Made by a program: the position numbers and the translations under genes
The notes under the pieces: generated by a model
Seen by the model: the letters and a program-made list of their open reading frames with translations, nothing else
Told to the model about the DNA's origin: nothing
The model's database searches: none
Shown here: positions 1 through 7,024 of the stretch, in pieces
How the letters are laid out: the number at the start of each line of letters is the position of its first letter
How positions within the stretch are numbered: position 1 is the stretch's first letter
Source: Octopus sinensis
Taxonomy: Eukaryota
Direction of reading: 5' to 3'
Assembly (NCBI RefSeq): GCF_006345805.1
Contig: NW_021828422.1
Span: 1 to 8,509 of the forward strand
Length of the DNA stretch: 8,509 bases

Positions 1-99
1 AACGTCCATGGTAAATTGTGTATAAAGATTGTCTTTTGCTTTTAGTACTGTTTCTGCAGCTATCATACATATATACACACTTACATGTGTGTATGTGTT

Positions 100-111
100 T
101 GTATATATATA

Positions 112-164
<53 letters not shown>
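100..164. repeat. (TA)/(TG)n microsatellite
   Basis: Pure GT run at ~118-157. Confidence 0.97.
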
Positions 165-165
<1 letters not shown>

Positions 166-186
166 ACAACAGATGGATAATGGCTC

Positions 187-262
187 ATTCACTACAGCTG
201 TTTCCAACGAATTTTTTAATATATCATGTGAAAAATAGAAACAATATTTTCATCAGGTGAAT
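187..262 (-). ncRNA. Minimal type I hammerhead-like relic (second family), helix II degraded
   Basis: ATTCAC-CTGATGA-(45 nt)-GAAA-C-AGCT-G-TA-GTGAAT. It has a perfect 6-bp helix I, an intact core, a palindromic ACAGCTGT helix III and a GUA triplet. Helix II does not pair convincingly. Confidence 0.65.
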
Positions 263-389
263 ATACACAAATTACCCATTTTAAACATTTTAAAAGTTAC
301 CAGTTTGTGCCACTTCATGGTTTTCTTTCTATTTAACCCGATCCGGCGCTTTACCATTTAAGTACCTGATTCACTTGAATCCTGAACTC

Positions 390-410
390 ATATATTATAT
401 GTGTACATAT

Positions 411-476
<66 letters not shown>

Positions 477-700
477 TATATCACATACATACATATATAT
501 ATATACATATATATATATACATAATACATATATCATATATACATATATATACATTTATATACATATATATATATATATATATAATATCTATATATATATA
601 AGCGAGTGTGAGAAAGAGGAAGAGAGAGGACAGAGAGGGAAACGAAGAAAGAGAGAGAGAGTGAGGGAGAGAGAGATAGTGAAAGAAAGAACAAAGTAAA
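390..700. repeat. Compound (TA)n/(CATA)n then (GA)-rich microsatellite
   Basis: TA/CA repeats at 390-600, GA/GAAA-rich at 602-700. Confidence 0.95.
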
Positions 701-803
701 GAATATCATCATAAGACGGCGGCTTATATAGCTTCAGTTTCTACTGACATTAGCAATATGTTGTGATATCCTGACGCTAATACAATCCGTTCTGTCCTGA
801 GGT

Positions 804-860
804 AATGAAACCTGAAGAATCCCTAGATTATCAGCAGATGAAAGGTATTTTTCGTTTATT
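804..860 (+). ncRNA. Possible highly degenerate type I hammerhead
   Basis: AAT(G)AAAC/GTTTATT helix I; CTGAAGA 812-818; ATC..GAT-closed irregular helix II; GAAA 840-843; AGGTATTTTT helix III; UUC triplet. Pairing is weak. Confidence 0.35.
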
Positions 861-1194
861 CTGTTTGTAAATATCTTGACACCGATGCACACACTCGAGT
901 TTTCTTACTCACAAACGCACATATATACATACCTTTATGTTTCTCTGAGTGAATGTGTGTGTGTGTGTGTGTGGTGTGTGTGTATTCATGTGTTAGTTTA
1001 GGTATGTATTGTTAAGCTGGATTATTTTTTACTGTATTCTTGTTTTCTTTGTGTTGAAAGTTGTCATGAAAGCCATCAGTTGTTTAAGCTTTAACACTCC
1101 AGCTTTTTTCTGCTTTGCTTGATTTTGATATCTGGCATACCTTTACAACCTATGTGTGTGTATGTGTGTGTATTTATATTTATATCTATATATA

Positions 1195-1630
1195 TTATTC
1201 TTTTATTCTTTGATTTGATTCACTCATTTTACTGCGGGCACGTTGGAGCACCACCCTTAGTCGAACAGATCAACCACAGGGTTTATTTTTTGAAAGCCAG
1301 GTACTTATTCTATCGGTCTTTTTTGCCGAACCGCAAATTTACAGGGACATAAACACACCAACATCAGTTGTCAAGCGATGGTGGCGGGGGACAAACATGG
1401 ACACACAAACTTAGGCAAAGATATATATTAATATATATATATATATATATATATATAATAGATATATACAATATATACATCATACATATGACGGGCTTCT
1501 TTCAGTTTCTGTCTACCAAATCCACTCGCAAGGTTTTGGTTGGTCCGAGGCTATAGTAGAAGACACTTGCCCAAGGTGCTACGCAGTGGAACTGAACCCG
1601 GAACCATGTGGCTGGGAAGCAATCTTCTTA
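1195..1630 (-). mobile_element. tRNA-derived CORE-type SINE (octopus-like), near full length, with internal (TA)n expansion
   Basis: Minus strand shows B-box-like GGTTCAGTTCC (1598-1588), CORE-like CCTTGGGCAAGT (1576-1565), an internal TA tract (~1420-1490) and a 3' tail ending (A)AAAGAATA repeats. The A box is truncated. It matches my recollection of an abundant Octopus SINE, and a diverged second copy lies at 3045-3201. Confidence 0.75.
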
Positions 1631-1680
1631 TATATATACATATGTGCATAAATATATGTATGCGCGCGCGTGTTTGTGCG

Positions 1681-1895
1681 TTACCTAGTGGTGAGAGTAT
1701 TGCACTCATGACAGTAATAAGATAGTTCTAGAAGAGAGTTGAACGTTTTCCCATTGTTCCAGTTTACTCATCTGTAAGTGAGTAACCCTGCATCAGAGAG
1801 TTTGCCATTCAATGCCGACGTTGTGTTCGCGGTCGCCTATACGCCATTTAATCCGTGTAACCGGCCTTATGAGATCTAAGACTCGAGACAGTAAT
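1681..1895 (+). mobile_element. Degenerate tRNA-derived SINE of a different family
   Basis: A-box-like tacctagtggtgagagtattgcactc, decayed B box, central ccagtttactcatctgtaagtgagtaaccctgc and 3' ccggccttatgag..gactcgag followed by a (GTT)n tail. Based on recalled similarity only. Confidence 0.45.
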
Positions 1896-1904
1896 GTGCC
1901 AGGG

Positions 1905-1937
1905 TTGTTGTTGATATTGCTGTCGTTGTTGTTGTTA

Positions 1938-1969
<32 letters not shown>

Positions 1970-2200
1970 GGTGATGATGAGAGGCGGATAAGGAAGATGA
2001 GGGTGATGATGATGATGAGGATGATTATGATGAGAATGATGATGGAGAAGACGATGAAGACGACGACGATGGTGATGATGAGGATGAGGGTTATGATGGT
2101 GAAGACAATGATGACGATGACGATGAAATGAGGATCAGGATGATGATGAGGAGGAAGATGATGATCAAGAAGTGCGGAAGAGTAAGTGGAGGTGGAGGAT
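1905..2200. repeat. Degenerate trinucleotide repeat (GTT/GAT/GGT/GAN)
   Basis: Direct inspection. Confidence 0.9.
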
Positions 2201-2694
2201 GATCGCGTAGCTTAGAAAACGGCAACCTGTTCCACGCTCGTATACACGTATATCTAAGTAGTAATTCACTCACACAAACATGAACGAACATAAAAACACT
2301 AACACAAACATTAAAACAACCCTAGGTTGTGTTTGCCGTCGAGGCGACTTTCCGGATGGGAACCTCTTAGGTGCACCATGGTCATTCGTAACCAACGGAG
2401 TCGTTCTATACATATATATATATATATTTGGCGAATGGTGCGGGTGAGAATGTGTACGTTTCAAGTGAGGGTGGATGAGTGTATACTTTTAGGCGCATGT
2501 ACGTGGGTGTGCGGCGCGCATGTGTAGGTATGGACATGCGCCCTTACGCGAATACTATGAACTTTTTTACCCACTTACTTTTACTCCCTCCCTTCACTTA
2601 GTGGTCATTCAAATAGCTCTTTTGTCTTAATAACGGTCAATCACACAGTAATTTCCCTTTGTACAACGGTCATTTTCATAGCATTTTTTCCGAT

Positions 2695-2766
2695 GGCCGG
2701 ATAACTGAAGAGATGGCGGCGTGGATTTCCACCTCGGCATCCAAAACTCGGAGTGTTATCATGGCT
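2695..2766 (+). ncRNA. Degenerate (probably inactive) type I hammerhead, third family
   Basis: Helix I GGCCG-GATAA/TTATC-A-TGGCT; CTGAAGA 2705-2711; 13-bp helix II (2712-2724/2729-2741, 2 mismatches, ATTT loop); CAAAA in place of CGAAA; helix III ACTC-G-GAGT; triplet GUG (non-cleavable). Confidence 0.65.
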
Positions 2767-2861
2767 ACCGAATAATTGTCACACATTACATTTACAGATA
2801 AATTCCTCTATTTACATAATATCGAGGTCTCTTCCTTTTGTTGGATTACCATTTCTATCAA

Positions 2862-3040
2862 CATATATATATATATATGTTCATGTTTGTATTTATGTAA
2901 GTATATATATGCATACGTGCAGTATGATGTGTGTATGTATGTGTACATATATGTGTGTATATATATATATATATGTATATGCGTGTCTGCGTGTGTGTGT
3001 ATGTGTGTGTGTGCGTGCGTGTATGTATGTATGCTTGTGT
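2862..3040. repeat. Compound (TA)/(TG)/(TATG) microsatellite
   Basis: Direct inspection. Confidence 0.93.
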
Positions 3041-3044
3041 GATG

Positions 3045-3201
3045 GTCTTTGTAGCATTTTACGTCTACGAAATTCACTCACAACTCACAAGGAACTGGTC
3101 GGTTCGGCGCTGTAGTAGATGTCCATTAAGCAAGGTTCCACGCAGCAAAACTGAACGCGAAACCTCTTGATAGCGAAACGAGATTCTTAACCACACAGTC
3201 A
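3045..3201 (-). mobile_element. Diverged 5' half of the same or a related SINE
   Basis: Colinear with 1495-1630 (gtctacgaaattcactc / gtctaccaaatccactc; gtagtaga; caaggt.c.acgcag; actgaac.cg.aacc; ttctta). It includes the 5' end accacacagtc and a 7-bp ctcacaa duplication. Confidence 0.7.
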
Positions 3202-3439
3202 GGCTTGCAACTATACAATGATATTTTCAACTGAAAAAAAAGAGAAGTAAAAAAAGAAAAAAAAAGAAATGTTTAATGCGTCAACAAGGCAAAATTTCTA
3301 GTCATCAAACACAAATAAATCTTGGTGTATGGATTTTATAAACATTTTTCACGTATAAATAACAATAAAATTTTTATTTTGCTCATTGTTTCAATAAAGT
3401 CTCGAGAGGTGAGACTTGGAGTCACAATTAACCCAAACA

Positions 3440-3460
3440 CACATGTACACACATGCAAGA

Positions 3461-3506
<46 letters not shown>

Positions 3507-3648
3507 GCATACGTATATTCATAGCATATTATAAACCCTTACATTATTACATAAATATTTGTAGGTATGCATGTATATCAACCTACACACACACTCACTC
3601 ACACACATATATATACATATATATATGTATATACATATATATTTATAT
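3440..3648. repeat. (CA)n and (TA)n microsatellites at the left PLE flank
   Basis: Pure CA run at ~3462-3501; CA/TA at 3585-3648. Confidence 0.92.
3609..3648. repeat. Candidate target-site duplication, left copy
   Basis: 38/40 identical to 7289-7328, with 31 bp exact (3618-3648 = 7298-7328) including the G, C and TT interruptions of the TA run. It ends where non-repetitive element sequence starts. Low complexity reduces certainty. Confidence 0.65.
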
Positions 3649-3767
3649 TCAAAAAGCAATAAAGATTCAAGTTAATTTAAATGAATTTACTTGAATAAGG
3701 TACCTAACTTAGATGCACCAAAAAAACTATACTGTTTTAACAATACAGTAATGTGGGGTGATTATAA

Positions 3768-4029
3768 GCGAGAAAGAAGCAACAAGAATGGATAGGTTTT
3801 TAGTACAATCGTTTCATACAAGGACAGGCTTTATTAAAAGTTGTAAAAATTACAGCATATAAACGTGTCCTGTACTCATCAGCTAAATACATGTGAGTTC
3901 TCTAGACATCCTAGTGGTTGAGGCTATACTCATGAAGTAATGTAGATAATTAAGTAACATAAACAGATTTCCAAAGTTCATTAAAGTTCTTTAAAGATGA
4001 TGTCAGTCTTATCACAGAATTTAAAAAAG
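3768..4029 (-). repeat. 3' pLTR segment, left arm of inverted repeat
   Basis: Reverse complement of 7025-7288. The 265-column manual alignment has 1 substitution and 4 single-base indels. Confidence 0.97.
3796..3890 (-). ncRNA. Minimal type I hammerhead ribozyme (PLE-associated), sense to the ORF
   Basis: Helix I TTTAG/CTAAA; core CTGATGA (3882-3876); helix II GTACAGGACA/TGTCCTTGTAT; GAAA (3815-3812); helix III AC-GATT-GT; cleavage triplet GUA, with the cut between 3804 and 3803. Confidence 0.88.
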
Positions 4030-4323
4030 TTCTAATAGCATCACAGAGAAGGTGACCTAATCCATAGAGCACATATGAATTTCCAGAGATATGATGAGGG
4101 ATTACATACTCACAGAAGACAAATTTATCCATTGTTAATCACAACGAGGTGGGTCTCAATTCCTGCTTATTAGCATTACAGAGAGGGTGAATTAATCCTT
4201 TGTATAGATACACAATTTCCAATGGTGTAGATGTAAGTTTCCAGAGAAATGAAGAGGAATTTCATATTCACAGGCGATAAATTTATCAATGGTTGAACAC
4301 AATGAGGTAGGTATCAATTCTTG
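4030..4323. repeat. Diverged two-unit tandem duplication (~135 + ~158 bp) inside the PLE 3' UTR
   Basis: 4081-4162 vs 4239-4320 is 67/82 identical without gaps; 4036-4063 vs 4171-4198 is 24/28. There is a net 23-bp indel between the blocks. Confidence 0.9.
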
Positions 4324-4423
4324 TTATATGATTAGGTATTTGCCACATTAATCACATTACTGCTATTTACAAAGGCTGTAGCTATTTAACTTATAAAGGC
4401 TGAAGGGCCTTCTGGAGAGGCCA

Positions 4424-4603
4424 AGAATAGAAAGGGAAGGGAATAGAAGAAAAGAGAGAAAATAAGGGAGGAGGGAGCAAAAAAGGGGGGGGGAAGGGGA
4501 CTAAAAGAGAGAGAAAAAAAAGAGAATAAGAAGAAGAAACAGAAAAAGAGAAAAGAGAAAGAAAATAGGGAAAGAAGGGAAAAATATAAAAATAAAAAAG
4601 AGG
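4424..4603. repeat. Polypurine (+) / polypyrimidine (-) tract in the PLE 3' UTR
   Basis: About 180 bp almost entirely A/G on the + strand, including a G9 run at 4485-4493. Confidence 0.9.
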
Positions 4604-5334
4604 GTTCTAGTTATCCAGAAGAATTAGTAGACGGCAAGTCTGGTTTTAATTTACAGGCATCTATGAACTAGAGGAGAATATTATTCTTTGGCCAGTAAAC
4701 ACAGTTAATTTATTGCTTTTGAAATCAGCTATGAATTTAAAGAATCTAAAGAGATACACAGTCAGGGGTTTAGGGTCAGATGCTAAAATCAAAAGAAAAT
4801 ACATTAGAAAATCTAAGTATAATCTTATCAAAAAGTCAATAAAACTTACTTATTTAATTTATTCATTTTATTGTCTTAGGAGTTGCCGTTATTATTCATA
4901 CATTGACGGCTACAGGTCAAATCTTAGAAGATCATTTACAAGGTGTTAGGGGATTGTCTATCATAATGAAGATAATCATATTATCACCGAGGGGTAGCCT
5001 TATTTATTTAATTTTGAAATAGAATTATGGGGCTATAGTATCTCATTTTATTTTATTAGAGTTATGCTACTTAAATTAGATTAAGTTAGGAATTAAAATT
5101 AAAAATTACAATTAAGATTTAAAATTAAGAATTTAAAAGATTATGAGTTTGAAATTAGGTAAGGCCTCAATTAAGCAGCGTATAAGTACTATTCATTTCC
5201 CTGTTCCCTAAAAACTGATGCAGATATAAGGAAAAAGATAACTGTGGTGTGAGAACTCTTAGTTATCTACTTAAAGCAGTGCTATACTAGTAGAAATCAA
5301 GTTATATCTATCTATCTAGTTACGGATATTCTAA

Positions 5335-5755
5335 TCATTTAAAATATTTTAAAGTCTTCAATTTAGCGTGGACACAAACTTGACCTAGTTCGATATGATT
5401 ATTCAATAAGTTTCTATGTTTTCTATGCTTTAGAATTTCATACGTCTCCATGGAGCATAGTTGGCAACCTACCCTACTATTTTTATACGGAATTGCTCTC
5501 CTAACTATTTCCCAATTAAGGATATAATTTTTATTATTATTTTTGAGTTCCCAGATTTTGTTTGAAAGTGTGGTGGTACCAGCTTTATGACGTAAGTTAA
5601 AAGACGAGATGTGATTTCTAACTCTGGCTAGAAAATTAATTGTACATCCAACGTAAAGATATTTGTTATTCTCCGTGGATATGGTACATTTATAGATTAC
5701 ATTATTTTCCCCCATAGACCAGGTGCGGGCATTTTGATTTTATTCTACACTTACA
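5335..5755 (-). CDS. GIY-YIG endonuclease domain with upstream Cys knuckle (PLE Neptune-type)
   Basis: CKCRIKSKCP-x-PGL(C)GENN-VIY..YVG..ARVRNH..TLSNKIWELK..NWEIV..PY..CQLCSME..LLN..E..CVH. It contains the GIY/YIG equivalents, catalytic Arg/Glu/Asn positions and C-terminal CxxC/CxH. Two 1-nt deletions are needed at ~5724 and ~5713 to join the knuckle to the EN. Confidence 0.92.
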
Positions 5756-6649
5756 CACAGAGGAGAGCAACTTCAGGCTTTGGATTATTCTTGGGTAGAT
5801 GTCTTAGGTTCCTATTATTTTGATTATCATTTCTATAGTTGGTGCTGATATCTAAAGTATTGCTATTATTTATTGATCCTTCAGCTTCATCATTTAGGTT
5901 TAAAGTCCTACCATGATTTCTTATATTATTGGTAATGTTACTATTATTGTTAGTCTTTTTTTCCGACTGCATATTGCTGTTATAAATATCACTGATATTT
6001 TCATTCTCCTTATTTTCTCCATTAGCCTTATATCTATTATTTCTATTATTAACATTATTACTTCTATTAATATCGGCATTGTTATTATTACTATTAATGT
6101 TAATGTTATTAGTCATTCTGTGGTTACTAATTTCACCTATGTTTTGATAGTTGCTATTGTTGTTTTTATTGTTGGTAGTATTATTATAATTGCTATTGGT
6201 ATTCATGCTGATATTATTATTTTATTTCTATCTTTCCTGGCTAGTTTAATGTTTTTATTATTAATCTTAGCTATTAAAGTGGACATATTTGGGAGGGTTG
6301 AATAAGAAATCCTAACTGTTTTCCTAGATATATTCTATGATATCTATGAGAGATAGGGAAATTTTTTTCCAGAATTACTTTGAATTTGTTCTGTATATCC
6401 GATTGTATCGCACAGTTGAAAGGGATATTCAGCCATAATATATCTTTTTTTATTAAATTTAGGGTTCGTAGAATTACTACTATTCATCTCACCGAGTTAT
6501 TGTATTTATTACCATTATTATTATTTTTATTTTTGTGCATCTTAGGTTTATCTACTTCAATGTTATCCGAGTTACCTATGTTCTGGTCAATGCTTCTATT
6601 TGAATTGTTGGGCCTGTGCGCTAGATTAGCGTTTACCATTAATTTAATT

Positions 6650-7024
6650 CTACTTTTTTCGGGCTTGGTCTGTATTGCTGCTTACGTGATTACTGATACC
6701 TTCATTATTAGGAATACGTGAGTTCTCCTTATCAACGAATGTAATCTTTTGGTTGTATCCAGCCTTAGTTAACGCCTCATTATAATGCTCAGAATGGGAG
6801 TTAAATATATCCTTATTGGATGATAATTTTGAAATTCTTAATGAAATATTTCTTACTAAAGATTCTATTATATTTGGGGGATGATTTGATAATTTATTTA
6901 CGTAATTCGTGATTTCGCCTTCCTTTCTAAATGGGTAATGTAGCTTGGAGTTAAGGTCTAGCGTAATATCTAGGAAGTTAACTATTTTAGTGCCCGGTTC
7001 ATACGTTATACTGAGGTTGAAATC
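6650..7024 (-). CDS. PLE reverse transcriptase C-terminal/thumb fragment
   Basis: Open frame 7024 to 6650 with VNFLDITLDL, SNHPP and ALTKAGY motifs characteristic of PLE RT thumbs. It has no ATG, so it is missing from the ORF track. Confidence 0.88.
   Translation of the reverse strand, partial: DFNLSITYEPGTKIVNFLDITLDLNSKLHYPFRKEGEITNYVNKLSNHPPNIIESLVRNISLRISKLSSNKDIFNSHSEHYNEALTKAGYNQKITFVDKENSRIPNNEGISNHVSSNTDQARKK

Larger units (their letters stand above)
5335..7024 (-). pseudogene. Frameshifted, 5'-truncated PLE polyprotein (RT thumb, linker, Cys knuckle, GIY-YIG EN; ~560 codons)
   Basis: Manual translation in order: DFNLSITYEPGTKIVNFLDITLDL..NYVNKLSNHPPNII..YNEALTKAGY (from 7024); KKDILWLNIPFNCAIQSDIQNKFKVILEKNFPISHRYHRI (~6450-6331); SRKTVRISYSTLPNMSTLIAKINNK (from 6328); Asn-rich ORF 6206-5751; CKCRIKSKCP (5755-5726); EN (5715-5335). 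About 6 frameshifts and one in-frame TGA (6486-6484). RT fingers and palm are absent. Confidence 0.9.

Noticed and set aside
255-357. Minus-strand peptide LNRKKTMKWHKLVTFKMFK resembling the EN C-terminus (HAKLKTLKYFK) just upstream of the solo HHR
   Set aside because: It is too short, lacks the Cys of CxH and has a stop immediately upstream. I cannot distinguish it from chance without an HMM search.
2320-2410. Possible fragment of another octopus interspersed repeat (minus strand gactccgttggttacga); likewise 8040-8075
   Set aside because: The recalled similarity is only ~20 nt, which is too little to call without a library search.
3397-3417. 7-bp hairpin AAGTCTC/GAGACTT
   Set aside because: It is an isolated short stem with no context, as expected by chance.
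18-3534. ORFs 18-260, 351-554, 401-601, 1119-1352, 1368-1556, 1540-1725, 2091-2291, 2270-2464, 2327-2527, 2753-3170 cluster and 3322-3534
   Set aside because: These are YI/CV/HT-type translations of microsatellites or SINE sequence with no domain motifs.
3950-4320. Repeated peptide in the tandem duplication with TGT aligned to TGA (possible selenocysteine, as in Naiad PLEs), including ORF 3950-4132
   Set aside because: Only 7 of 15 substitutions are at third positions (5 synonymous), which is not convincing. The frame is closed upstream (4326) and between units, the ORF's end depends on an indel that differs between the two arms, and I saw no SECIS.
4713-4949. 78-aa Lys-rich plus-strand ORF
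   Set aside because: It is antisense within an AT-rich UTR, short, and has no recognisable motif.
6484-6486. In-frame TGA as possible selenocysteine or readthrough
   Set aside because: It falls in the low-complexity linker, and a neighbouring frame (GEMNSSNSTNPKFNKK) fits the composition better, so compensating indels are more likely.
5913-6721. Plus-strand ORFs 5913-6305 and 6380-6721, hydrophobic and membrane-protein-like
   Set aside because: They are antisense shadows of the AAT-rich PLE linker.
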